IMG/VR virus record: IMGVR_UViG_3300027586_000007
Coordinates: 17,497-81,496 of that record
DNA: 64,000 nt
Source: a virus
Taxonomy: Duplodnaviria; Caudoviricetes
Strand: one strand, 5' to 3'
In this document: piece after piece, positions 18,119 to 26,981 of the stretch
Layout: the number at the start of each line of letters is the position of its first letter
How positions within the stretch are numbered: the first letter of the stretch is position 1
Position numbers and translations under genes: made by a program
The notes under the pieces: generated by a model
Seen by the model: only the letters and a program-made list of their open reading frames with translations
The model's database searches: none
Told to the model about the DNA's origin: nothing

Positions 18119-20688
18119 TGTCTGATAGAGGTTACGGAGATAGATGGTGGCAACCAACTCCTGCTGATTTAGAAAAAACAAATGCCGATGCCGCTAAGGC
18201 AGCCAATACAAAAACTGCAGATGCTTTTACTGTTACAAAATCAGGTCTAAATGTTGTAATGAATGGCAAGTACCAATTCTCATTTGCGTACTTATACTCT
18301 GATCCAAATAATGCCTCAAACCTTATTCCTGGAACCAGGTCCCCCAACTTTATAGTTACGCTACAAACTCCCGATTTAACTCAGCCAGTAACAAATCTTG
18401 TTGTAACTCCAGGACTTCTTTCTTACACGGCTAAATGGGATCTAATTGATAAATTATTACCTGCAAATAAATGGTTGATAGATATACAAATATATGAAAG
18501 TTTAACTGGAGCGTTTGCTGGAGAAGAATATTTAGTTTGGAATGGAAATGGAAGCTCTGCAACTATACTTGTTTCAAACACAGCAAATAGATGGATAAGA
18601 GTTGACACAAGAGATCAAGATTTTAGAAAGAAAAGTGTAACATACGGACCATTTAAAGCAACAGATCCAATTGTCGTAGACACGGTTGGCCCAGACAATG
18701 TTACTTCAGTTAATTCATCTGATAGCGGTATCGACACATCTGGGTATTTAGGATTTAACGCATATGCAAACATATCTTGGCCAGCAGTAACAGGCGGTGG
18801 CATAAGAGGATATAGAATTAGATTTAGTAATGACAACAACGCAACATATTCCTATGTTGATTCGCCAGGGACGGGAACAACATACAAGCTTGCGGGTCTT
18901 GCAATTGGATCAACATATAAGATAGCAGTTGCAACTTATGATGAATATAATAATACATCGTCATCATATGTATCTGGAGCAGATGTTACAGTTAATGGTA
19001 CTCCATCTGTATCAAACTTTATTACAGGTGGGCCATTCCAATTTGGCGTAGGCGTAGGATCTGTATCAACAAACAAAGGATTATATTTTGACGCTAGTAA
19101 CTACTGGTATGTCAATGCTACAAATAGCGCAAGGCTTAAGGTTGGCGGAGCATCAAGCAACTATCTATTATGGGACGGCTCAACATTTGCAGTAGATGGA
19201 AACATTACCGCAAGAGGTGGGCAGTTTAGCGGTAATATATATATGACTACAGCTGGAGCATCTATATATAATGGAACAATAGACGCTACAACTGGCAACT
19301 TGACTGGTGATGGATTTGCGTTAAACTCAACAGGATTAAAAGTTGCTAACGGCGTTAACTCTGTAACAATTGCAGCAGCAACAGGAACTATAACAGCCAA
19401 TGCTGGATCAATTGGTGGTTGGAACTTAAGCGGTACAACATTATCTAAAAACAATATTATCTTAGACAGCACAGGACAAATACAGGTAGGGTCCACTGCG
19501 GCCCAGAGCGTTTATTTAAAATCTTCTGGTGGCTTTCTTATGTGGGCTGGTAATAATACACCAGACGCAAATGCAAAATTTAGAGTCGCAGCAGATGGAA
19601 CTTTGTATGCAACTGGTGCTGTATTTGCTGGATATGCTACTTCAGATTCTGTAAATGGCATACTGTCATCTGCAGCCGCAGATGCCACTACCAAGGCAAG
19701 TGCGGCGCAGACAGCAGCAATTAATGCAGCAGCAGGAGATGCAACAACAAAAGCTGAGGCTGCTAAAAACGCAGCAGTATTAGCTTCTGTACCACGGGGC
19801 GATTTTAACAAAGAAGCTATAATAGCTAAAATAAATAATAGTACTAATACAACAACTATCGAAGGCGGAATAATAAGAACAGGAACAATTTCTGCCGACG
19901 CTGTTGTTACAAACTTTATTTCTTCATTTGAAATTGCAGCCTCTAAGATTACAGTTGGTACACTTTCAGGTCACAGATTAACAGCTGGAGCACTTAACAC
20001 AAGCTATTACTTGGATACAAAAGGAAATAAGGCTGGAATAGATTCTTTAGTTGTAAATGCAATTGGAATTGAGTCTAGCGCAACTGGTGGCGTTACAACA
20101 CATTGGTACCCATATATGCCAGGATCTCCAAACATTGATTTGGGACTACCAAACTTTAGATGGAATGACGTAAGAAGTAGCGGTAGGGTTTATATGGGGC
20201 ATGGCGGAAGCGATACTATAACAAACGTTACAGCGCAGCAGCCATATTCGGTATTCCTTAATACTGGAAGAATTTATGCAAACACACTTGGAACTGGATC
20301 GGGAACTGGATTAGTGCAAGATTCACAAGGGTACATAAGAGTTGCTTCTTCTAGTTTAAGATACAAAGAAAACATTTCTGAAATAGAAAGCACTGGATAC
20401 TTAGATGCAATTAAACTATTAAAGCCAGTTAAATTTTCATATAAACTTCAAGAAACAGACATTGACGAAACCCCAGGATATGAAACAGTTAGACCAATAA
20501 TAACTGGTTTGATTGCTGAAGATGTAGAACAAATAGATAAATTAAAAGACTTTGTGAATTATAATGCTTTAGGGGAAACAGAAGGTTTAGCTTATGATAG
20601 AATGACCACAGCCCTGACACTAGCTATTCAAGAATTAGCAGAGAAGCTTGATGTAACCAATACTAGACTTGACGCCCTTGAAGGATAA
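18118..20688 (+). CDS. Tail fibre/receptor-binding protein with Fn3-like domains and C-terminal peptidase S74 chaperone
   Basis: Fn3-like segment (ISWPAVTGGGIRGYRIRFS...YKIAVATYDEYNN). S74 motifs SSLRYKENI, GLIAEDVE, LAYDRMTTALTLAIQEL. Confidence 0.8.
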   Translation: MSDRGYGDRWWQPTPADLEKTNADAAKAANTKTADAFTVTKSGLNVVMNGKYQFSFAYLYSDPNNASNLIPGTRSPNFIVTLQTPDLTQPVTNLVVTPGLLSYTAKWDLIDKLLPANKWLIDIQIYESLTGAFAGEEYLVWNGNGSSATILVSNTANRWIRVDTRDQDFRKKSVTYGPFKATDPIVVDTVGPDNVTSVNSSDSGIDTSGYLGFNAYANISWPAVTGGGIRGYRIRFSNDNNATYSYVDSPGTGTTYKLAGLAIGSTYKIAVATYDEYNNTSSSYVSGADVTVNGTPSVSNFITGGPFQFGVGVGSVSTNKGLYFDASNYWYVNATNSARLKVGGASSNYLLWDGSTFAVDGNITARGGQFSGNIYMTTAGASIYNGTIDATTGNLTGDGFALNSTGLKVANGVNSVTIAAATGTITANAGSIGGWNLSGTTLSKNNIILDSTGQIQVGSTAAQSVYLKSSGGFLMWAGNNTPDANAKFRVAADGTLYATGAVFAGYATSDSVNGILSSAAADATTKASAAQTAAINAAAGDATTKAEAAKNAAVLASVPRGDFNKEAIIAKINNSTNTTTIEGGIIRTGTISADAVVTNFISSFEIAASKITVGTLSGHRLTAGALNTSYYLDTKGNKAGIDSLVVNAIGIESSATGGVTTHWYPYMPGSPNIDLGLPNFRWNDVRSSGRVYMGHGGSDTITNVTAQQPYSVFLNTGRIYANTLGTGSGTGLVQDSQGYIRVASSSLRYKENISEIESTGYLDAIKLLKPVKFSYKLQETDIDETPGYETVRPIITGLIAEDVEQIDKLKDFVNYNALGETEGLAYDRMTTALTLAIQELAEKLDVTNTRLDALEG

Positions 20689-20721
20689 TGGTATCCTTAT
20701 TATGAATAGAAAAGGAATATA

Positions 20722-20871
20722 ATGGATAATAAATTAGAACTAGTTGTAACAGCACTACAGCAACGTATTGGAGAAATTGTCTCACAATATGAGACGCATG
20801 TTGCAATACTTCGTGCAGAAATTACACAGCTTCAGCAACCACAAAATCCTGCGGAGCCAGAGGAGAAGTAG
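20722..20871 (+). CDS. Small coiled-coil protein (49 aa; possible fibre chaperone)
   Basis: AAGGA RBS; MDNKLELVVTALQQRIGEIVSQYETHVAILRAEITQLQQ...; not in the ORF track. Confidence 0.6.
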   Translation: MDNKLELVVTALQQRIGEIVSQYETHVAILRAEITQLQQPQNPAEPEEK

Positions 20872-20873
20872 CT

Positions 20874-21296
20874 ATGGCAGAACAATTACAACCAATGCCT
20901 GTAAATCCAGGAGACCCAATAACATCAGAGTTATTGTCTAACATTGTGTCTAATATTAATATAATCAATAGTTTATCAAACAGCATTAACGACAGCAGCG
21001 CAGGCGATAACAAGGACCTTCCACAAGCAGTACAAATTCAATCTGGAAGAATAAAGATTGTGGCTAATAAAGATGGCAAGACTGTTACACCAGTAAAATT
21101 TAAAAAAGATTTTGAAGCCCAGCCAAATATTGTATGCTCCATATGGCAACCATCTGGAGAGGCAATATTAAAGAATAAATTTCAGCCAGTAGTAACTGCT
21201 GCATCATCTACAGGGTTTTCAATACAAGCTCAAAATGTTGGTGCGTCTTCTGGCGGAACTTTTTACGTAAATTGGATTGCTTCTAGCACTACTTAA
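20874..21296 (+). CDS. Small tail-associated beta-sandwich protein (putative)
   Basis: C-terminal pattern (VKFKKDFEAQPNIVCS...TGFSI...YVNWIA) resembles small fibre-tip/lectin-like domains. Confidence 0.45.
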   Translation: MAEQLQPMPVNPGDPITSELLSNIVSNINIINSLSNSINDSSAGDNKDLPQAVQIQSGRIKIVANKDGKTVTPVKFKKDFEAQPNIVCSIWQPSGEAILKNKFQPVVTAASSTGFSIQAQNVGASSGGTFYVNWIASSTT

Positions 21297-21299
21297 GTA

Positions 21300-21327
21300 T
21301 TGACAATCTGTAGCACTATGCTACAAT
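21300..21327 (+). promoter_or_regulatory. Sigma70/SigA-type promoter of the replication module
   Basis: TTGACA-N16-TACAAT with extended TG. Confidence 0.7.
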
Positions 21328-21339
21328 TTGATTTAGACT

Positions 21340-21365
21340 ATAGGCCATGAATATTCATGGCCTAT
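21340..21365. repeat. Perfect 26-bp palindrome
   Basis: ATAGGCCATGAATATTCATGGCCTAT equals its own reverse complement. Confidence 0.9.
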
Positions 21366-21381
21366 TAACATTAAGGTAAAT

Positions 21382-22182
21382 ATGACAAACGATTTAAAGT
21401 GGATGCTCTCATCAGATCAGCAATTCCCGTATCAGGATGATAAAATGATTGAGCTATGGTTCAAAGTCATGAAGTGGTTTAAGCCAGATGTTGTAGACTA
21501 CCTTGGTGATACAGACGACCAAGCATGCTATAGCAAGTATACAGAAGGTCGCTCAGCAGAGTTTTTAAATTATCACAAGAACGATAGCAAGGATTTAATT
21601 GTTCCTATGATGCGCCATGAAGCAAAGGGTGCAAGAGATTTTTATGCTAAGACAAGAGACATGCTTCCAGATGCACAACTGTTTTCTGCATTAGGTAACC
21701 ACGACATCAGAGTATTTAATTACGTTGACGCAAAGCTTCCAGACTATATCTCTGAGGTTACACCAGAGGCCCTATGGAGTCTTGACTCTTTAGGATATGA
21801 ATATATTTATTACGATGAACTCCCTAAGCGACGCTTTGGAGACATACACGTTCACCATGGACTTTCAATTGCAGCAACAGGATCTGCAAGAAAAGATATG
21901 GAAGACATGCAGGTATCTTTAATTCGTGGTCACTCACACAGAATTGCTTCTCATATGGTAACATACGAACTTAGAAACAATGGCGCTGGAGAAACTCTTC
22001 GTGGATACGAGATTGGTCATATGTGTGACGAAAAGGGTCCAGGAATGAAGTATACACAACACCACGATTGGCAAAAGGGATTTGCTGTTGCACATATTGT
22101 TAATGACTATCCTCACATTCAAATGATCCACGTGTCACCAGATTACTCTTGCGTGGTGGATGGAAAGTTTTTTCAAGTATGA
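21382..22182 (+). CDS. Calcineurin-like metallophosphoesterase
   Basis: Motifs SDQQ, GDTDD, GNHD, HHG, GHSHR. Confidence 0.85.
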   Translation: MTNDLKWMLSSDQQFPYQDDKMIELWFKVMKWFKPDVVDYLGDTDDQACYSKYTEGRSAEFLNYHKNDSKDLIVPMMRHEAKGARDFYAKTRDMLPDAQLFSALGNHDIRVFNYVDAKLPDYISEVTPEALWSLDSLGYEYIYYDELPKRRFGDIHVHHGLSIAATGSARKDMEDMQVSLIRGHSHRIASHMVTYELRNNGAGETLRGYEIGHMCDEKGPGMKYTQHHDWQKGFAVAHIVNDYPHIQMIHVSPDYSCVVDGKFFQV

Positions 22183-22367
22183 TCAAGTGTAATAAATGCG
22201 GAGGAAGAGTATTCGTTGATAGAGTATTCTCTCAAAAAATGCATATGGAACTATTTTGCATCATGTGCGGTAAACGCTGGATGATGAATAAGCATACAAA
22301 TAGGATGGGTAAATGGCTAGAGACACTAGAAGAAAATCACTCAAAGAAGTACGGTATTTCTTCTTAA
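22179..22367 (+). CDS. Small zinc-ribbon protein
   Basis: MIKCNKCGG...CIMCG; ATGA coupling at 22179. Confidence 0.7.
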   Translation: MIKCNKCGGRVFVDRVFSQKMHMELFCIMCGKRWMMNKHTNRMGKWLETLEENHSKKYGISS

Positions 22368-22795
22368 ACGAAAAGATACACAAGACTCTTAGTCTATCTA
22401 GAGCCAAAGATCAGCTTATTGCTTGGTCTTATTTAGATAAGAAAAGAATGCTTTACCCATATTCAGAAGTAGATAAAAATATGGGTAGTGCTTATAGTAT
22501 TGTTCAGGTTGCCTCAATGTTAAATAAGCATAGGGTTACAATACAAGACTACATTCTAGAAGGCAAAATAAAGTCTCCACAAAAGATTTATCCTATTGGC
22601 AGCGCCTCAGAAGATACTTGGTATAAGTATATGTTTAGCGACAAAGATATATTAGATCTACACCAATATATATTAGAGGCTGGTCATTCTAAAAATGTTC
22701 CATCTAAGGCAGAATTATTGGCTCTTCTCAAACACAGCTTTATATTGTATACTAAGACCGTAGACGGTTTCGTACCAGTATGGAAGGCAGAGTAA
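22313..22795 (+). CDS. Putative helix-turn-helix DNA-binding protein
   Basis: YSIVQVASMLNKHRVTIQDYILEGKI resembles MerR/excisionase-type HTH. Confidence 0.55.
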   Translation: MARDTRRKSLKEVRYFFLNEKIHKTLSLSRAKDQLIAWSYLDKKRMLYPYSEVDKNMGSAYSIVQVASMLNKHRVTIQDYILEGKIKSPQKIYPIGSASEDTWYKYMFSDKDILDLHQYILEAGHSKNVPSKAELLALLKHSFILYTKTVDGFVPVWKAE

Positions 22796-22926
22796 TGAGT
22801 TACAACGCAATATATACACTTGAGACTGGCGCTTCTAAGAAGCGTAAGAGAGAAAAAGAAGTTGAGGAATGGAATTCAAAGAACGGCCCTGTCGTAGTAA
22901 AAAAGGTGGAAGATGGAAAAAAGTAG
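22795..22926 (+). CDS. Hypothetical 43-aa protein
   Basis: TAATG-coupled ORF read by eye. Confidence 0.45.
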   Translation: MSYNAIYTLETGASKKRKREKEVEEWNSKNGPVVVKKVEDGKK

Positions 22927-23026
22927 GGTAGTTAATTGTGATATTTGTAATCGGGATATAGAAGTTCGTTGGGGCATATTTGCCAGTGATACACTAACTA
23001 GACATAAGAAGGCGGAACATAAATGA
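22913..23026 (+). CDS. 37-aa C2H2-type zinc-finger microprotein
   Basis: CDIC-x18-HKKAEH; its stop overlaps the next ATG. Confidence 0.55.
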   Translation: MEKSRVVNCDICNRDIEVRWGIFASDTLTRHKKAEHK

Positions 23027-23229
23027 CAACGAGAGTAAAGGTCGATCTTTCTTTTACTAGAAATCTTGGTAACTATGAAAGCATTAGGATTAATGTTGGC
23101 GTAGAAGATGATGTTCGTTCGGGGGAGACAGTTGATTCTGCCACCGAAAGGGTATACGCATTTGTAGAAAGAAAGCTTGTTCAAAAGACAAGCGAAGTAG
23201 AGGAAGAGCTTAAGAGTGGCAAACAATAG
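23023..23229 (+). CDS. Hypothetical protein
   Basis: Coupled ORF; TRNLGNYESIRI motif. Confidence 0.6.
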   Translation: MTTRVKVDLSFTRNLGNYESIRINVGVEDDVRSGETVDSATERVYAFVERKLVQKTSEVEEELKSGKQ

Positions 23230-23536
23230 AGAGCCATATATCCTTATGACAAATTACCAGAATCTTTACAAAGAGAAATATGGTAGACTTCCTACACTAA
23301 ACAAGTTTAGAGAAAAGTGGGCTATGCAAGATGTAATCGATAGCGTAGGATTTCATAAGGCAAATGATCTATTAAACTATTATTTTAGTCTAGAAAAAAC
23401 GGGTCACCCACTGCAATTCTTTTATTATAACTTTGACAAAATGGAAAATGCTAGAATAGAACTACAAAAGGATATTGAGACACGCCGACTACTGCGAGAG
23501 TCTACTAAGAAGATGGTGGAAGAGGGCGGGCTATGA
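23216..23536 (+). CDS. Hypothetical protein (possible helicase loader)
   Basis: Directly upstream of and coupled to the DnaB-like gene. Confidence 0.45.
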   Translation: MANNREPYILMTNYQNLYKEKYGRLPTLNKFREKWAMQDVIDSVGFHKANDLLNYYFSLEKTGHPLQFFYYNFDKMENARIELQKDIETRRLLRESTKKMVEEGGL

Positions 23537-24780
23537 ATACAGAAGCAACACTAATCTCTGCTATATGCAAGAATAAAGATATTAGCACCGTTATGGCAGA
23601 GAATGTAGATGAACTATTTACTTCTCATGGAGATGTTTGGGATGGATTAAAGTCCTATTATAATAAGTTTAAGGCAATACCAGAAATTGGAATTCTACAA
23701 GAAAAGTTTAAAGACTTTGAGCCAGACTTAAGTGCAACAGCAGAGACTGCATATTATCTAGATAACCTTAAGAATGAGTTTTTGTCTAGCAGACTAAAGA
23801 GTATTTTAATTCGTGGTGGATCCATGCTAAAAGAAGATGCAGCCTCTAGAGTAATTGGCGAACTTCAATCACAGCTTTCTAGTTTAAATAAATATACCAA
23901 TAATGTGCGTGACCTAGATATAACTGATGCAGATAATGCTATTAAGCATTTACAGGCTCTGAAGGTCCGTACAGCCGAGATGGGCGGTTCTCCAGGTATT
24001 AAGACGGGGTTCCAGTCAATCGACCTTGCATACCCCACTGGAATGGCTCCAGGGCACCTTATAGTGGCCATTGGCTGGCCAGGACGTGGTAAGACATGGT
24101 TCACCTCATACCTAGCCTGTAAGGCCTGGGAACAGGGTTTTAAGCCTATGATCGTTTCCCTTGAAATGACCCCAGAGAATATGCGTGACCGTATATATAC
24201 AATGCTCGGCTCTGGTTTATTTAAAGCCAGTGACTTTGCAAAGGGAGATATTAATATTGATGATTTCCGTAGTTGGTCTAGTAAAAAGTTTGCGGATAAG
24301 AATAAGTTTATATTAGTTTCTAATGAGGGTTCTGGAAACGTAACTCCAAATGCTATCCAAGCTAAGATAGATCAGCATAAGCCAGACATTGTTATTCTTG
24401 ATTATCACCAGTTGTTTACTGACAATAATAATTCAAAGGCACCTACAGAACGTAATATGAATATTTCTCGTGAGTTTAAAAACTTAGCAGTGAGAAATAA
24501 CATTCCTATTATTGATATTACTGCTGCTACTGCAGACGATATTACTGATCAAGATAATCCTCCAATGATGAGCCAGGTTGCTTGGTCAAAAGCAATTGAA
24601 TATGATGCAGATATGGCTATGGCTATTCATAAATACAAGGGCACAGATATGATTGAGATTGTATCTAGAAAGAATAGACACGGACACGACTTTGGAGTAT
24701 TCCTAGATTGGGATATCAATAGGGGTGTCGTCAAAGAGATTTACGAAAACCCGTTTGCAGATGACTCACAAAAGAATTAA
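23533..24780 (+). CDS. dnaB: Replicative DnaB-like helicase
   Basis: Walker A GWPGRGKT, SLEM motif, Walker B ILDY, KNRHG. Confidence 0.92.
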   Translation: MNTEATLISAICKNKDISTVMAENVDELFTSHGDVWDGLKSYYNKFKAIPEIGILQEKFKDFEPDLSATAETAYYLDNLKNEFLSSRLKSILIRGGSMLKEDAASRVIGELQSQLSSLNKYTNNVRDLDITDADNAIKHLQALKVRTAEMGGSPGIKTGFQSIDLAYPTGMAPGHLIVAIGWPGRGKTWFTSYLACKAWEQGFKPMIVSLEMTPENMRDRIYTMLGSGLFKASDFAKGDINIDDFRSWSSKKFADKNKFILVSNEGSGNVTPNAIQAKIDQHKPDIVILDYHQLFTDNNNSKAPTERNMNISREFKNLAVRNNIPIIDITAATADDITDQDNPPMMSQVAWSKAIEYDADMAMAIHKYKGTDMIEIVSRKNRHGHDFGVFLDWDINRGVVKEIYENPFADDSQKN

Positions 24781-25063
24781 AAGGTTTCAAATTGAGGTAC
24801 AGTTTTATGATAACTCACAACTCATAAGCCTAAGACCTCAATATGAAAATTTGCTAGTTCAAGATATGCGTGGCAAAGGATATGTAAGAGTATTAGATAT
24901 AGATCCAGCATTCTCAATAGAGTTTACTGGAGAAACATGGAGATTCTTAATGACTCTCCACGGGATATATGTGGGAAGGAAGAAGGCATGGCAATTCGAG
25001 GGTACAACTCAAAACAAATTGATACCAAGGACTACGCCCCAAGCCACATTAAATCGGTTCTAG
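24761..25063 (+). CDS. Hypothetical protein
   Basis: The likely start is ATG 24761; overlaps both neighbours. Confidence 0.55.
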   Translation: MTHKRIKRFQIEVQFYDNSQLISLRPQYENLLVQDMRGKGYVRVLDIDPAFSIEFTGETWRFLMTLHGIYVGRKKAWQFEGTTQNKLIPRTTPQATLNRF

Positions 25064-25983
25064 CTGAAATAGGACTTAATGTTGTTGGTGCTACAGGCAA
25101 TGACTTCCTATGCTACTGCCCGTTTCATTCCAATAGACATACCTCTAGCTTTAGCGTAAGCCAAACATCTGGTGCGTTCATTTGCTTTAACCCTGCTTGC
25201 GGAGAGACTGGCACCCTAATTGATTTAATTAAACGCACTATGCACAAAAATGATTTTCAGTCTTTAAGATTAATAGCAGCAAAAGAAACAGAAGCGCTAG
25301 ACAACTTCGATGAAATTATGGAAGACATGCTTGAAGAGAAGCCAGCTTTTGAAGAATTTTCTCAAGACATATTAGATAGGCTTCACTCCGACCTTGCTAG
25401 TAATTCTAGTGCCAGATCATATCTTGAGTCTAGAGGAATTAACATAGAGTCAATGAAACATTTTGGACTTGGCTATTCGCCAGCAATGAATATGGTAGTT
25501 ACTCCAGTGCATAGCCCAGACGGAATGCCAATTGGAATAGTCGGCAGATCTATTGAGGGAAAGACTTTTAAGAATAGCACTAGCCTTCCAAAAAGTAAAA
25601 CTCTATTTAACATTCATAGGGCAAAGAAAATTGGAGACCAAGTAATAGTTTGCGAATCAAACTTCGATGCAATAAGAATTCATCAGGCTGGTTTCCCCAA
25701 CGTTGTTGCAACTCTAGGTGGATTTTTATCTAATGAACAACAATCTTTATTAAATAGACATTTTAATAAGATAATAATTATGACAGATGCGGATGAAGCT
25801 GGCAGAGAATTAGGTAAATCTATTTCTGGCAAGCTTAGGAATAAAGATATTTCTTGGGCCTCCTTTGGATATCGTGAGATATATCCAAATAAGGCTAAGG
25901 ATGCGGGTGATTTGACTGAAGAAGAAATAAAAACATGCATAAAAAAATCAGTATCAGATATTGAATATCGCTCATGGATATGA
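24988..25983 (+). CDS. dnaG: DNA primase (CHC2 zinc finger + Toprim)
   Basis: CPFH...CFNPAC zinc finger; ESNFD and DADEAG Toprim motifs; start after GAAGG. Confidence 0.9.
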   Translation: MAIRGYNSKQIDTKDYAPSHIKSVLAEIGLNVVGATGNDFLCYCPFHSNRHTSSFSVSQTSGAFICFNPACGETGTLIDLIKRTMHKNDFQSLRLIAAKETEALDNFDEIMEDMLEEKPAFEEFSQDILDRLHSDLASNSSARSYLESRGINIESMKHFGLGYSPAMNMVVTPVHSPDGMPIGIVGRSIEGKTFKNSTSLPKSKTLFNIHRAKKIGDQVIVCESNFDAIRIHQAGFPNVVATLGGFLSNEQQSLLNRHFNKIIIMTDADEAGRELGKSISGKLRNKDISWASFGYREIYPNKAKDAGDLTEEEIKTCIKKSVSDIEYRSWI

Positions 25984-26037
25984 TATACTAAAACAACAGA
26001 TGGATTTACACCATCAACTATATAAAAAGGAGATACA

Positions 26038-26715
26038 ATGGGTATCGTTAAAGGTCTAAAAGGATTAAATCAGGTTATGGACAAGCCTTCATACAGCGAA
26101 GGTGACGGGACAAAGGCACGTTGGGCAAAGCTAGAAGATGCAGAGAGCGTAAAAGTTCGTTTCTTGCAAGAACTAGATCCTGACTCACCGATGTACAACG
26201 AAAAAAATGGTTTGGGTTTTATTGCCGTAGAGCATACTAACCCTAAAGACTACAAGCGCAAGGCACTATGTTCAATGGAAGACCAAGGCAAGTGCTATGG
26301 CTGCGAACAACACCGTAAGGATTATAAGGCGGGATGGAAAGGTCGTTCACGACTTTACATGAACGTATTAATTGATGATGGCAAAGAAGAGCCATACGTA
26401 GCAATTCTTTCTCAAGGTTCAAGTGGTAAAACAATTACGCCAACTCTTATTGAGTACGCTGGCGAAATGGGTTCTATCACCAATCTAATGTGGCGTATTA
26501 AGCGCACTGGAACAAAGACAGATACAAGTTACACAATCATTCCTTTGGCTAAGGATGAAGCACCATTTGATTCTTCAGCACTTGAATTGTATGATTTGGA
26601 AACAACAGCAATTCGAGACTTGCCTTACACAGAGCAAGAAGGATTCTTTAATGGAGAAGGTGGAAGCCAAGAAGCTCCTGCAGCTTCAGACTCAGACAGC
26701 AATTTAGTCTGGTAA
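26038..26715 (+). CDS. Single-stranded DNA-binding protein (gp32-like, putative)
   Basis: Strong RBS; Cys/His metal ligands; acidic C-terminal tail ending in W; position between primase and polymerase. Confidence 0.7.
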   Translation: MGIVKGLKGLNQVMDKPSYSEGDGTKARWAKLEDAESVKVRFLQELDPDSPMYNEKNGLGFIAVEHTNPKDYKRKALCSMEDQGKCYGCEQHRKDYKAGWKGRSRLYMNVLIDDGKEEPYVAILSQGSSGKTITPTLIEYAGEMGSITNLMWRIKRTGTKTDTSYTIIPLAKDEAPFDSSALELYDLETTAIRDLPYTEQEGFFNGEGGSQEAPAASDSDSNLVW

Positions 26716-26726
26716 CTATTTACAGC

Positions 26727-26760
26727 CAGGGGCAGTCTATTGACTGCCCCTGCTTTATTT
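26727..26760 (+). terminator. Rho-independent terminator overlapping the -35 box of the next promoter
   Basis: CAGGGGCAGTC-TATT-GACTGCCCCTG followed by CTTTATTT. Confidence 0.8.
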
Positions 26761-26774
26761 AGTAGAATAACATT

Positions 26775-26981
26775 ATGCTTACATATGAAATCCCAGATCC
26801 GTTTGAGACATTTGTTGCTAATAAATATAAAGACTATAAAGGAATGCTATACGACTTCTTTGCAAAAGAATGGCATTTAAAAACTGCATGTTGCGGAGAA
26901 GAACTTTATGCACCAAACAAAAAGACTATGACTAAGATAAGACTTTATCATACAAGAAATGAATGCATGGGCGGGTATTAA
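26775..26981 (+). CDS. Hypothetical protein
   Basis: Leaderless (TAGAAT-N6-ATG); coupled to dnaE. Confidence 0.6.
   Translation: MLTYEIPDPFETFVANKYKDYKGMLYDFFAKEWHLKTACCGEELYAPNKKTMTKIRLYHTRNECMGGY

Noticed and set aside
22876-23226. 116-aa minus-strand ORF
   Set aside because: It overlaps three coupled plus-strand ORFs that have better signals, and has no recognisable motifs.
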